Shown one piece after another: positions 1 to 9,694 of a DNA stretch of 64,000 nt. Position 1 is the first letter of the stretch. The number at the start of each line of letters is the position of its first letter. The stretch comes from Alphaproteobacteria bacterium. Its GTDB lineage: Bacteria > Pseudomonadota > Alphaproteobacteria > SP197. The stretch spans positions 3,456,001 through 3,520,000 of the forward strand of contig OZ219747.1 of the NCBI GenBank assembly GCA_964291265.2. Direction: 5' to 3'. A model generated the notes under the pieces. It was given only the letters and a program-made list of their open reading frames with translations. It was not told the DNA's origin and did not search any database. A program made the translations under genes and the position numbers.

Positions 1-836
1 TCGTCGGGCGCCAGGGTCACGAGGAGTTCGTAATCGTCTCCTCCCGACAGCGCCCGGTCGCGCAACGCCGGGTGACGCCGGATCGCCTGCCTGGCGGCGT
101 CGGAGAAGGGAATGGCTCCGACGGCAAGTTCCATGGCAATTCCGGACGCGGCGGCGACATGCGATGCGTCGGCGAGAAGGCCGTCCGAGATATCGATCGC
201 ACCGTGAACGACACCGCGCAGGGCCACGCCTGCGCAGACCCGGGGCTCCGGCAGCTGGTAGCGGGAAACCAGCCGGGCTTCGGGCGTCCCGCCGAGCCCG
301 CGAAGGGCGCCGGTGCGCACGAGAAGCCCCAGCGCCGCATCTCCGATGGTTCCCGTAACAGCAACGACGTCTCCATCGCTCGCCCGTTCCCTGGCGAAGG
401 ACATCCCGGAAGGAACCTCGCCGAAGGCCGTGATCGACAAGGTCAGGAGGCCGCGCTCCGCCGCCACGGTATCACCACCGAGAAGAGTCACCCCGTACTC
501 CTCCTGATCACGTTCCAGCCCGCGGGCGAATCCCTCGAGCCATCCCTGCCCTCGCCGCCCGTCCGACGCGAGCCCGAGGAGATAGGCGCACGGTTGTGCT
601 CCCATGGCGGCAAGGTCCGAGAGATTGGTCCGAAGCAGCTTGCGGGCGACGAGGTCCGCCGGATCATCCGCGAGGAAGTGAACCCCCTCGACCATCATGT
701 CCTTGGTGACCGCCAGGTCCATGCCGGGCGGCACGCTCAGCGCCGCTCCGTCATCGGCAAGACCACGCGCCCCGGGATGGTGGGCGAGAGGCGCCATCAC
801 CTTGCGAATGAAGGTGAATTCGTCCGCGTCGTTCAC
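1..836 (-). CDS. thiL: Thiamine-monophosphate kinase (3' end outside window)
   Basis: Manual translation from GTG at 836 gives MNDADEFTFIRKVMAPLAHHPGARGLADDGAAL. Overlaps the nusB stop (GTGA) and sits in the canonical position after nusB. Not in the ORF track because the stop is off-window. Confidence 0.9.
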   Translation of the reverse strand, partial: MNDADEFTFIRKVMAPLAHHPGARGLADDGAALSVPPGMDLAVTKDMMVEGVHFLADDPADLVARKLLRTNLSDLAAMGAQPCAYLLGLASDGRRGQGWLEGFARGLERDQEEYGVTLLGGDTVAAERGLLTLSITAFGEVPSGMSFARERASDGDVVAVTGTIGDAALGLLVRTGALRGLGGTPEARLVSRYQLPEPRVCAGVALRGVVHGAIDISDGLLADASHVAAASGIAMELAVGAIPFSDAARQAIRRHPALRDRALSGGDDYELLVTLAPD

Positions 837-1291
837 GGGTTGAATTCCGCGGCCCGCAAGCGGCGTGCCAGGCGATCGAGAACGGCATTGATCATGCCCG
901 GTTCGCCGCGGTCCCAGAAGGCATGGGCGATATCGACATAGTCGCTGATGACCACGCGGGCAGGCGCCTCGCTGCTGACGAGGAGTTCCCCGGCACCGGC
1001 GCGCAGGACGGCCCGCATCAGGCTCTCCAGACGGGCCGTTGTCCAGCTGGACGCCAGGGCATCATCGATCATGCGGTCGAGAGTCTCCCGGTTGTCCGTC
1101 GCGCCCCTTGCGACCGACGTCACGAGACGCCTGTCGGCAGGAAGGCTGAGCCCGCTCTCGTCGAGGACCGCGCCCTGGGCGCACGCTGCGGCGATCACGT
1201 CGTCGACCGGCGCCGCGCTGCGGTCGATTTCATAGAGGACCTGGACAGCGGCAAGCCGGGACGCACGGCGGCTGACCGCCGCGGCGTTCAT
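833..1291 (-). CDS. nusB: Transcription antitermination factor NusB
   Basis: RRASRLAAVQVLYE, LRAGAGEL and MINAVLDRLAR motifs. ATG at 1291 overlaps the ribH stop. Confidence 0.95.
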   Translation of the reverse strand: MNAAAVSRRASRLAAVQVLYEIDRSAAPVDDVIAAACAQGAVLDESGLSLPADRRLVTSVARGATDNRETLDRMIDDALASSWTTARLESLMRAVLRAGAGELLVSSEAPARVVISDYVDIAHAFWDRGEPGMINAVLDRLARRLRAAEFNP

Positions 1292-1728
1292 CCCGTCACG
1301 CGCAAGGTGGCGGCAAGTTCGACCATCTTGATACAGGCGACGGCCGCTTCCCTGCCCTTGTTCCGGCGCGCGGGATCGGCGCGTTCGCAGGCCTGTTCGT
1401 ATGTCTCCACCGTGAGGACGCCGAATCCGACGGGGGCGATGTAGCGGATCGCGAGATCGTTGATTCCACGCGCCACCTCGGCACAGATGTGATCGTAGTG
1501 GGAGGTCTCGCCACGAATCACGCAACCCAGCGCTAGGTATCCATCATACCGGCTGGTGGCAATCGCCATGCGCAGTCCGCCGGGAATCTCGAAGGCGCCA
1601 GACAGTTCCACACGTTCCCAGGTAGCCCCCCAGTCTTCGAGCGCCGCCGTGGCGCCGGCGGCCAGCATGTCGGTGACATCGCGATAGTAGCGGGCTTCGA
1701 GGAGCAGGATATGGGGTGCAGTCGACAT
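1288..1728 (-). CDS. ribH: 6,7-dimethyl-8-ribityllumazine synthase
   Basis: GAFEIP, LGCVIRGETSHYD and GFGVLT motifs; start MSTAPHIL at 1728. Confidence 0.95.
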   Translation of the reverse strand: MSTAPHILLLEARYYRDVTDMLAAGATAALEDWGATWERVELSGAFEIPGGLRMAIATSRYDGYLALGCVIRGETSHYDHICAEVARGINDLAIRYIAPVGFGVLTVETYEQACERADPARRNKGREAAVACIKMVELAATLRVTG

Positions 1729-1735
1729 CGTGCTC

Positions 1736-2350
1736 TCAGCTCCGGCCATGACGCGCTTCCAGGAGACGGTGCATGTAGCGCGCCAGCATGTCGATTTCCA
1801 GATTGACGCGATCACCGGGGGCCAGACCGGAGAAGGTGGTCACATGACGCGTGTGGGGAATGATGCTGGCACCGAACAGGCAGTTTCCTTCACGATCCTC
1901 GACGAAGGTGACGGTCAGCGACACGCCGTCCAGGGCAATGGAGCCCTTTTCGGCAATGAAGGGCGCCACTCCTGGCGGGGCGCAGAATGTCATGTCGGTC
2001 GAATCGGCCCGTTCTTCCACCCGGGAGACCTCCGCCACCGCATCGACGTGACCGGACACGAGGTGCCCCCCGATCTCCTCGCCCATCGCCAGGGACCGTT
2101 CGAGGTTGACCGGCGAACCCACCTTCCACAGCCCCAGCGTCGTGCGTGACAGGGTCTCTCTCGAAACGTCCGCACTGAACCGGTCGCCGGACTTGCCCGT
2201 CAGGGTCAGGCAGGTCCCGGAACAGGAAACGGACGCGCCCGTCGCCACCTGCCTGAGATCCCAGGAGGTGGTGATGCCGACGACGAGGCCGCCGGCGTTG
2301 CCGTCCAGGGAACACACCTGACCGCAGTCTGTCACGATGCCGGAGAACAT
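1736..2350 (-). CDS. ribE: Riboflavin synthase (alpha chain)
   Basis: N-terminal MFSGIV; VNLERSL, GGHLVSGHVD and KGSIALDGVSLTV motifs. Confidence 0.95.
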   Translation of the reverse strand: MFSGIVTDCGQVCSLDGNAGGLVVGITTSWDLRQVATGASVSCSGTCLTLTGKSGDRFSADVSRETLSRTTLGLWKVGSPVNLERSLAMGEEIGGHLVSGHVDAVAEVSRVEERADSTDMTFCAPPGVAPFIAEKGSIALDGVSLTVTFVEDREGNCLFGASIIPHTRHVTTFSGLAPGDRVNLEIDMLARYMHRLLEARHGRS

Positions 2351-3462
2351 GTGCCTGCGTTGCCGCCGGAGGCCAGCACCGTCAACCCGTCCTGGCCCCA
2401 TGTGCGGCGAAGGAGGACCCGCCAGCGCCGCGAACTCGACAGCGATGTCACGTCGAGACCGGCCAGGGATGGCGCAGCATCATGACCGAGAAGAAGCGGC
2501 GCGTGAAACCAGGCGATGCGGTCCACCAGGCCGTTGCGGACCAGACTGCCTGCCAGGAGGGCGCCGCCCTCGACCAGCAGGCGTGTCAACCCTCTTGCGC
2601 CCAGGGCGGCCATCATCGCCATCGGGGACACTCTCCCGGAGTGGTCGCGGTCAACCTCGATCACCTCGACGCGCGCTTCGCGCAAGGCCTCCTTTCGCTC
2701 CACATCCGCACCCCTGCCGCAGACGATCCACGTCGGAGTGTCAGCGGCGGAGGCCACGAGCGACGACCCGCGAGCAAGGCCGAGATTGCTGTCGGCCACG
2801 ATCCGCACCGGCGAGCGGTGTTTGAGCCCATCGAGTCGGCACGTGAGGAGCGGATCATCGATGTCAGCGGTGCCGCGTCCGACGAGGACAGCATCGTGAT
2901 CGAGGCGCAGGCCATGGGCGGCGCGGCGCGCCTTCGGCCCCGTGATCCATCGGCTCTCTCCGGTTGTCGTCGCAATCCTGCCATCGAGGGACGCAGCGAC
3001 CTTGAGGGTCACGAGAGGCCGCCCGGTGACGATTCTCGACGTGAAACCGGCATGTAGGTCACGCGCCTGTTGTGCCAGGGGCCCGACATCGACATCGATT
3101 CCGGCCTCCCGCAGACGCGTGATTCCCCGGCCCGACGTGCGTGGATCAGGGTCCGTCATGGGCACGACGACACGCTTCAGGCCGGCATGCACCAGGGAGT
3201 CGGAACACGACGATCCACTCCTGCGGTGGGCGCAGGGCTCCAGGGCAATGTAGGCTGTCGCTCCCCTCGCGCGCTCGCCGGCCATGTCGAGGGCGACGGC
3301 TTCGCCATGCGGTCTGCCGCCGGGAGCGGTGATCCCTCTGCCGACAACGATTCCAGCGCGCACGATGACGCAGCCGACCGAGGGATTGGGCCAGGTCGAA
3401 CCCAGATTGCGTCCGGCAAGTGCCAGCGCCGCCGTCATGTGGTGATGGTCCGCGGAGTTCAC
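2332..3462 (-). CDS. ribD: Bifunctional riboflavin deaminase/reductase RibD
   Basis: PNPSVGC, HGE, LEPCAH, SLDGRIA and LLVEGG motifs. Confidence 0.95.
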   Translation of the reverse strand: MNSADHHHMTAALALAGRNLGSTWPNPSVGCVIVRAGIVVGRGITAPGGRPHGEAVALDMAGERARGATAYIALEPCAHRRSGSSCSDSLVHAGLKRVVVPMTDPDPRTSGRGITRLREAGIDVDVGPLAQQARDLHAGFTSRIVTGRPLVTLKVAASLDGRIATTTGESRWITGPKARRAAHGLRLDHDAVLVGRGTADIDDPLLTCRLDGLKHRSPVRIVADSNLGLARGSSLVASAADTPTWIVCGRGADVERKEALREARVEVIEVDRDHSGRVSPMAMMAALGARGLTRLLVEGGALLAGSLVRNGLVDRIAWFHAPLLLGHDAAPSLAGLDVTSLSSSRRWRVLLRRTWGQDGLTVLASGGNAGTCSPAS

Positions 3463-3494
3463 GCCGTTCCGGGGGACGATGCCCGTGTCCTGCT

Positions 3495-3938
3495 TCAGAT
3501 GCCTTCGATGAATTTCGCGAAGTCCCTTGCCTTGTCGAAGTTGCGATAGACCGATGCGAAGCGCACGAAGGCGACATCATCAACCCCGGAAAGGGCAGAC
3601 AGCACCATCTCCCCGACAACGCTGCTGTGGACCTCCCGCTCACCGAGATGCTCGAGCTGACGCTGGATGTCGGCAACCATGTGATCGAGCTGATCTTCCG
3701 AGAAGGGGCGCTTGCGCATGGCAACGAGAATCGAACCGGCCAGCTTGTCACGGTTGAACGGCACGCGCTCGCCGGATTTCTTGACGATCATCATGACCCG
3801 CAGCTGCAACCGTTCATAGGTCGTGAAACGCATGCCGCAGCGGGTGCACTCCCGGCGCCGGCGCACGGCCACTCCGTCTTCGGCCGGACGCGAGTCCTTG
3901 ACCTGAGTTGAGTCACTCTTGCACGCCGGGCACTTCAT
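3495..3938 (-). CDS. nrdR: Transcriptional repressor NrdR
   Basis: MKCPAC...RRRRECTRC zinc ribbon, ATP-cone, AFVRFASVY. Confidence 0.96.
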   Translation of the reverse strand: MKCPACKSDSTQVKDSRPAEDGVAVRRRRECTRCGMRFTTYERLQLRVMMIVKKSGERVPFNRDKLAGSILVAMRKRPFSEDQLDHMVADIQRQLEHLGEREVHSSVVGEMVLSALSGVDDVAFVRFASVYRNFDKARDFAKFIEGI

Positions 3939-3951
3939 GATCGATCCCGTG

Positions 3952-5241
3952 TTACGCCCCGTAGACCGGAAAGCGGCGGCACAGATCCAGCACCCGCGCC
4001 TCGACGTCCCGCTCTGCCACGCCGTTGTCGTCCGAATGAACCGCGAGTGAATCAAGGACTTCGACGATCAAGTCGGCAACCATGCTGAACTCGGGCGCAG
4101 AGAAACCCCGGGTGGTGGCCGCCGGCGTCCCAAGCCTGATTCCCGACGTCACCGTCGGTTTCTCGGGATCGAACGGAATGGTGTTCTTGTTGCAGGTGAT
4201 CCTGGCACGTTCGAGACTCTTCTCAGCGCGGGTGCCGGTCAGCCCCTTGGGTCTGAGGTCGACCAGCATGACATGGGTGTCCGTTCCTCCCGAGACGATC
4301 GCCAGACCGCCCCTGACGAGGGTCTCGGCAAGGGTCCTGGCATTGTTGACGACTGCCTGGGCATAGGTCTTGAACCCGGGTTGCATCGCTTCGCCAAGCG
4401 CCACCGCCTTGGCGGCGATGACGTGCATGAGCGGTCCGCCCTGGAGGCCGGGAAAGACCGCGGAATCGACCTTCCGGCCGATGTCGACGTCGCTGGAGAG
4501 AATCATGCCCCCGCGTGGCCCCCGCAGGGTCTTGTGGGTGGTGGTGGTGCACACATGAGCGTGCGGCAGGGGGTCGGGATGGACTCCGGCGGCCACAAGA
4601 CCGGCAAAATGCGCCATGTCGACCATGAACCAGGCGCCCACCGAGTCGGCGATGGCGCGCAGGCGCGCAAAGTCGATGATCCGGGAATAGGCGGAGCCGC
4701 CGGCGATGATCAGCGCCGGCCTGTGCTCGCCGGCAAGGCGCTCCACCTCGTCATAGTCGATGAGCCCCGTCTCGCGGTCCGTTCCGTAGCCGACGGCATT
4801 GAACCACTTGCCGGAGATGTTGGGCCGGGCGCCGTGGGTAAGGTGGCCGCCATGATCAAGCGCCATGCCCAGGATGGTGTCGCCGGGCCTGAGCAGCGCC
4901 AGCAGCACGGCGCCATTGGCCTGGGCGCCCGAATGCGGTTGCACGTTGACCCAGGCGCAACCGAAGAGTTCCTTCGCCCGCTCGATGGCGATGCGTTCGG
5001 CGATGTCGACATGCTCGCAGCCGCCGTAGTAGCGGCGCCCGGGATAGCCTTCGGCATACTTGTTGGTCAGGACGGATCCCTGGGCCTCCAGCACGGCCGG
5101 CGACACGATGTTCTCCGAGGCGATCAGTTCGACCTGCTCCTGCTGGCGTTTGAGTTCGCCCGCGAGGGCATCGAAGATCAGGGGGTCCATCTTCGCCAGT
5201 TCATGTGGGAACGGACCGGTCTGTCGGGTCTCCATGGTCAT
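3952..5241 (-). CDS. glyA: Serine hydroxymethyltransferase
   Basis: [21 protein letters not shown] and [14 protein letters not shown] (PLP lysine). Confidence 0.98.
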   Translation of the reverse strand: MTMETRQTGPFPHELAKMDPLIFDALAGELKRQQEQVELIASENIVSPAVLEAQGSVLTNKYAEGYPGRRYYGGCEHVDIAERIAIERAKELFGCAWVNVQPHSGAQANGAVLLALLRPGDTILGMALDHGGHLTHGARPNISGKWFNAVGYGTDRETGLIDYDEVERLAGEHRPALIIAGGSAYSRIIDFARLRAIADSVGAWFMVDMAHFAGLVAAGVHPDPLPHAHVCTTTTHKTLRGPRGGMILSSDVDIGRKVDSAVFPGLQGGPLMHVIAAKAVALGEAMQPGFKTYAQAVVNNARTLAETLVRGGLAIVSGGTDTHVMLVDLRPKGLTGTRAEKSLERARITCNKNTIPFDPEKPTVTSGIRLGTPAATTRGFSAPEFSMVADLIVEVLDSLAVHSDDNGVAERDVEARVLDLCRRFPVYGA

Positions 5242-5266
5242 CGCTCCGGAATCGGCACCGCGCCTT

Positions 5267-5719
5267 CTAGCGCAAGTGATCCGTGTGCGACAACTTGTCG
5301 ACACGGTGCGCGTGGCGGCCCCCGTCAAAGCGGGTATCGATGAAGGCGCGCAGGCACTGGCGTGCCGTCTCTTCACCGATCAGCCGCCCGCCGAGTGCGA
5401 GGATGTTGGCGTCGTTGTGACGACGGGCCAGCACGGCTGACGTGACATCATGACAGACGGCGGCGCGGACGGCGCCGTGTCGATTCGCCGCCATGGCGAT
5501 GCCGATCCCCGTGCCGCAGACCAGGACACCCTGCCTCGCCCTCCCCTCGACGAGGCACAGGACCATGCGCATGGCGTAATCGGGGTAGTCCACCGGATCG
5601 GTTCCCGTGGTCCCGAGATCGAGGGCATCGATCCGCCACGCTTCGAGTGTGCCCAGCAGAACCGACTTCAGCGCGTATCCCGCATGATCCGAGGCCAGCG
5701 CGATGCGGGAGGTGTTCAT
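5267..5719 (-). CDS. rpiB: Ribose-5-phosphate isomerase B
   Basis: ASDHAG, DYPD, CGTGIG, HNDANIL and FDGGRH motifs. Confidence 0.96.
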   Translation of the reverse strand: MNTSRIALASDHAGYALKSVLLGTLEAWRIDALDLGTTGTDPVDYPDYAMRMVLCLVEGRARQGVLVCGTGIGIAMAANRHGAVRAAVCHDVTSAVLARRHNDANILALGGRLIGEETARQCLRAFIDTRFDGGRHAHRVDKLSHTDHLR

Positions 5720-5808
5720 CGGTCAAGGACTCGCATTGCATCCACCGCCGAGGATAGCATGGGCCGGTCCAAGGTGCCAGTTCATGACAACAGGGAGCGG
5801 GAGAACCG

Positions 5809-5997
5809 ATGAAGAAGATGCAAGGAGCGATGCTGTCCGCCATCGACAAGGCTGACATCCTCGAGATGACCACCGAGATCGTCACCGCCTATGTCGCCGG
5901 CAATTCCGTTCCTCCGGACGACATGCCGAACCTCATCATGCGCATCCACACAACCCTCGCCAGCCTCGCATCGGGACCGGGGCGAGCCCCGACCTGA
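5809..5997 (+). CDS. Truncated MucR/Ros-family regulator (N-terminal domain only, no zinc finger)
   Basis: ILEMTTEIVTAYVAGNSVPPDDMPNLIMRIHTTL matches the Ros/MucR N-terminus. Stop after 62 aa; no CLEDGK-type zinc finger visible downstream in any frame. Confidence 0.75.
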   Translation: MKKMQGAMLSAIDKADILEMTTEIVTAYVAGNSVPPDDMPNLIMRIHTTLASLASGPGRAPT

Positions 5998-6179
5998 AGG
6001 CGTCTGGCGTGCGGACATGACACCGTTGCTTCGCCTGCATCGACTCCGGATGGATCGGCGCCCGATGACACCCTTGAGAGTCGCAAGCCGGAGCATGGCG
6101 CACAGGCATGAGTCCAGGCCTTGCCTGCCCGACTCGAAGCGGCCTGGCGCCCTTCCGGGAGGTCTGCCGACAGCCGAGG

Positions 6180-6211
6180 GATTGCGCCGGGTTGATCGAG
6201 GTTGACCCGGC
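6180..6211 (+). repeat. 32-bp hairpin-forming direct repeat, copy 1
   Basis: GATTGCGCCGGGTTGATCGAGGTTGACCCGGC, identical to 7816-7847. Confidence 0.9.
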
Positions 6212-6325
6212 GCGAGTGTTCGCTCACGAGGTGCCTGTCACCTGTTGATGGGTTCCATGAGGTTCCACCGACGCTCCGGGCCTTTCAACCGGACACTGCG
6301 GGACGAGTCGTCCGACGGCAGGTTG

Positions 6326-7639
6326 CTAGCCGATGAAAACGAAGTCGAAGTCCTCAATGCCCAGGCTGATCGCCGACACACCTTCCAGCGTGATCGTGTC
6401 TCCTTCGCTGCCGTAGCCGATGACGGTGTCGTCGCCGTCCTGCCGGATCGTCAGCGCCTCGAAGGCGGCTTCGTCGGAAGTGTCGGCCGGAACGTTCAGA
6501 TGGAGCTGGATTACATCATCATTCTGCAGGGCACGCGACGATTCACGCTCTGCGAAATAGGCCATATAGCGTTCGATGACATCTTCGGACAGGCCTTGCC
6601 CCACCAGATGCGCGCGAAAATGGCGTGCATGCGCCTCCATCAACTCGGGGGACGGGGACACGAAATCAACGATGGTGTCTTTCCCGTCCCTCTCGTAAAA
6701 CACGAATGTGTCGCTGCCCCGGTCGCCCTTCAGGGTGTCGCTGCCCTTGCCGCCGTACAGGGTGTCGTCGCCATAGCTGCCGTCCAGGGTGTCGCTGCCC
6801 CTGCCGCCGTACAGGGTGTCGTCGCCATAGCTGCCGTCCAGGGTGTCGCTGCCCCTGCCGCCGTACAGGGTGTCGTCGTCGAAGCTGCCATTCAGATAAT
6901 CATCGCCCTTGCCACCGTAGAGGGTGTCGTCGCCGTGGCCGCCGTACAGGGTGTCGTCGCCCGTACCGCCGTAGAGGGTGTCGTCGCCGTGATTGCCGTC
7001 CAGGGTGTCGTCGCCCGTGTCGCCGTACAGGGTGTCGTCGTCGAAGCTGCCATTCAGATAATCATCGCCCTTGCCACCGTGGAGGGTGTCGTCGCCGCTG
7101 CCACCGTCCAGGAAATCATGACCTTTGCCGCCACGCAGGATGTCGTCGCCGTGATTGCCGTCCAGGATGTCGTCGCCTTCACGGCCGTGCAGGTCTTCGG
7201 CTTCGGAGTTCAGGCCCACAAGGACATCGTCACCTTCGCTCACCGCCAGCTTGGACTCTTGAAGGTAGTTCAGATACTTGTACTCCCAGTACGACACAAG
7301 GTGAAAATTCTTCTCCGTCAGGAGGTGGTTGCCATTTTCGTCGATAAGATCGGCCGCATTGCGCAACACGACCTTGCGGTCGTCCCGCACATAGGCGAAC
7401 GACAGGGAGGGGCCGCTGATACCGATCGTGATCGTGTCGGCGTCCCGATCCACCTCGAATGTCAGGTCACTGAAATCCCCATTGAAATCAATCAGCCGAA
7501 TCTTGTCGTCGACCGAGAAGTCAAGGATTTCGTCTGTGGGGATCGCGGTACTGGACCTGAGCTCGAATACGAACAGGTCCTTGTCCGCGGAAGCCTGATA
7601 CGTGTCTTGGCGGTGTTTCTTGTCCAGGATGATCGGCAT
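6326..7639 (-). CDS. RTX / hemolysin-type Ca2+-binding repeat protein
   Basis: About 17 GGxGxDxLx nonapeptides; GSDTFVF, GKDTIVDF and C-terminal ITLEGV...EDFDFVFIG typical of T1SS substrates. RBS AGAGGAG before ATG 7639. Confidence 0.9.
   Translation of the reverse strand: MPIILDKKHRQDTYQASADKDLFVFELRSSTAIPTDEILDFSVDDKIRLIDFNGDFSDLTFEVDRDADTITIGISGPSLSFAYVRDDRKVVLRNAADLIDENGNHLLTEKNFHLVSYWEYKYLNYLQESKLAVSEGDDVLVGLNSEAEDLHGREGDDILDGNHGDDILRGGKGHDFLDGGSGDDTLHGGKGDDYLNGSFDDDTLYGDTGDDTLDGNHGDDTLYGGTGDDTLYGGHGDDTLYGGKGDDYLNGSFDDDTLYGGRGSDTLDGSYGDDTLYGGRGSDTLDGSYGDDTLYGGKGSDTLKGDRGSDTFVFYERDGKDTIVDFVSPSPELMEAHARHFRAHLVGQGLSEDVIERYMAYFAERESSRALQNDDVIQLHLNVPADTSDEAAFEALTIRQDGDDTVIGYGSEGDTITLEGVSAISLGIEDFDFVFIG
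6720..7190 (-). repeat. 27-bp-unit (with 54-bp higher-order) tandem repeats encoding RTX nonapeptides
   Basis: Recurrent gccgccgtacagggtgtcgtcg units. Confidence 0.9.
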
Positions 7640-7815
7640 TCCTGCTTTCTCCTCTGTCGATGGGACACCCGAATGGTTCCGCTGTCGTATGTCAGCCCAC
7701 ATCCGTCAGTCAGCCTGTGGAGTCGGACCGTATCCTCACCGAATAGTGTACTGGGGGGGGTGTGAAGTCAACACATGGCAGGACCATTTCTTGTCGCGGC
7801 CGAGGGGGCCATGAA

Positions 7816-7847
7816 GATTGCGCCGGGTTGATCGAGGTTGACCCGGC
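7816..7847 (+). repeat. 32-bp hairpin-forming direct repeat, copy 2
   Basis: Identical to 6180-6211. Confidence 0.9.
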
Positions 7848-8378
7848 ACCCCGGTCTCCCGTGGCACGGGACAGGAGAATCAGGCGGCGCCCGGCGATGG
7901 CCGTGCTGGCAGATCACGTGACGGTGGAATGGGTGAGAACCAAACCTGGCGGCGAAGCCGACCCCGGCGACCTTGCCTCGGTACGCGTGATCCCACGTTC
8001 GGGCCCAGGCCCTTCACGGAGGTGTCGCTCCAGGCACGGATCGATGAGGCACGTCAGCCAGGCGGGAAACCTGATCGACCCGGATGCCTCATCCCGGAGG
8101 GTTGGTCTCGGACAGCAGGTATTCGTTCCACGGCAGCATGGACAACCGATTGTGGCAGCGGGAGATCCGAACCTGACGGCGCCGATGGCGGTCCGTGCCT
8201 CGCGGCACGCTACCGGACCCTTGCGGGGCCGCGGTTTCCCGATGGCAGCGTTGCCGGGGACTTAACAGGAACATCCCCGCCTGGTACGCCATCGGACGGC
8301 CCTGACGGCTCAATCGTGTCCTGGCCTCGCCTGACCTTGACCTCGACGAACCGGACGAATGGGCCCTGACCGGCATGC

Positions 8379-9692
8379 TCAGGCCTGTCGGCGGGGCCCT
8401 GCGGGAAGGAGCCCTCCGGGCGCGAAGCGCAGGACGACAAGCAGGATGAGCCCCATGACAAGGACTCGCGTATAGGGGGCGCCGTCAAGGATGTAGCCGG
8501 CCAGGGTGCTTCCCTCTCCGGCGATGGTCACGAGGTATCCGGCCAGCCACAGCCCGGCAGGTTCAGCCTCGATCCACACGAACCAGACCAGGAAGCCTCC
8601 GAGAACCGCACCCCAGTTGTTGCCGGAACCGCCGATGATGACCATCACCCAGATGAGAAAGGTAAAGCGCAGCGGCTGATAGCTTCCGGGCGTGAACTGA
8701 CCGTCCAGGGTCGTCAGCATGGCGCCGGCAATTCCGATGACGGCGGCGCCCAGCACGAAGATCTCGAGGTGGCGCGCCTTGACGTCCTTGCCCATGGCCG
8801 CGGCACTGGCCTCGTTGTCGCGAATGGCCCGCATCATGCGGCCCCAGGGCGAGTGGAGCGCCTTCTCGGCCAGGACAAGGAGGCCTGCCAGAACCGCCAC
8901 GAAGAGCCCTGCGTAGCAGAGCTTGACGGCGATGGTGGATGCCGTCTGGACATCGGTTCCCAGGGTCGCCGCGAGCTCCTGGAATCGGGAAGACTGCTGC
9001 AAGCCGACCTCGTAGGGCACGGGGCGGTCGAGACCCGTCACGTTCCGCACGCCCCGGGTCAGCCAATCCTCGTTCTTGATGACGGCGATCACCATCTCGG
9101 CAATCCCCAGGGTGGCAATGGCGAGGTAGTCCGCCCGCAATCCAAGGGCCACCCGGGCGATGAGCCACGCCGCGCCGGCGGCAACCAGGCCGCCTGCGGG
9201 CCACCCCAGGATGATCGGCAGATCAAGGCCGCCGAGAAAACCCGTCCGTGCCGGATCCACGGACTCGATGCTCTCGACCGCCGGCTCGAAGAAACGCTGC
9301 AGGACAACCCAGCCCGCCAGCAGCACGACCGTCGTTGCCGCCACGCGCCACCTGCCCGGATCGATGAACCTGCGTATCAGGACAACGGCCAGGACGGTGA
9401 CGGCGAGCGTGATACCTGTCCACACGAGATCGCCGGCGGCGGCATCCCAGGCGGCATCCACCGGCGCCACCGACACCAGGGTGGCGGCAATGCCGCCCAG
9501 AGCGGCAAAACCCATGACACCGACATTGAAGAGTCCGGCGTAGCCCCACTGCATGTTGAGACCAAGGGCCATGATGGCGGAGATCAGGCACAGGTTGAGT
9601 ATGGAGAGGGCCACCACCCAGGACTGCCCCAGACCCGTGATGACGAGAAGGGCCACCATCGCGGCGAGGCAAAGCAGTCCCCGGGTTGACAT
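8379..9692 (-). CDS. Branched-chain amino acid ABC transporter permease (LivM-like)
   Basis: GLNMQWGYAGLFNVG, LRADYLAIATLG, SPWGRMMRAIRDNE and IIGGSGN; start MSTRG at 9692. Confidence 0.92.
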   Translation of the reverse strand: MSTRGLLCLAAMVALLVITGLGQSWVVALSILNLCLISAIMALGLNMQWGYAGLFNVGVMGFAALGGIAATLVSVAPVDAAWDAAAGDLVWTGITLAVTVLAVVLIRRFIDPGRWRVAATTVVLLAGWVVLQRFFEPAVESIESVDPARTGFLGGLDLPIILGWPAGGLVAAGAAWLIARVALGLRADYLAIATLGIAEMVIAVIKNEDWLTRGVRNVTGLDRPVPYEVGLQQSSRFQELAATLGTDVQTASTIAVKLCYAGLFVAVLAGLLVLAEKALHSPWGRMMRAIRDNEASAAAMGKDVKARHLEIFVLGAAVIGIAGAMLTTLDGQFTPGSYQPLRFTFLIWVMVIIGGSGNNWGAVLGGFLVWFVWIEAEPAGLWLAGYLVTIAGEGSTLAGYILDGAPYTRVLVMGLILLVVLRFAPGGLLPAGPRRQA

Positions 9693-9694
9693 GA

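Noticed and set aside
6180-6211. Integron attC site
   Set aside because: Too short, lacks the RYYYAAC...GTTRRRY organisation, and no integron integrase is present.
6720-7190. CRISPR-like periodic repeats
   Set aside because: Units are in-frame 27-bp RTX codon repeats without unique spacers, and there are no cas genes.
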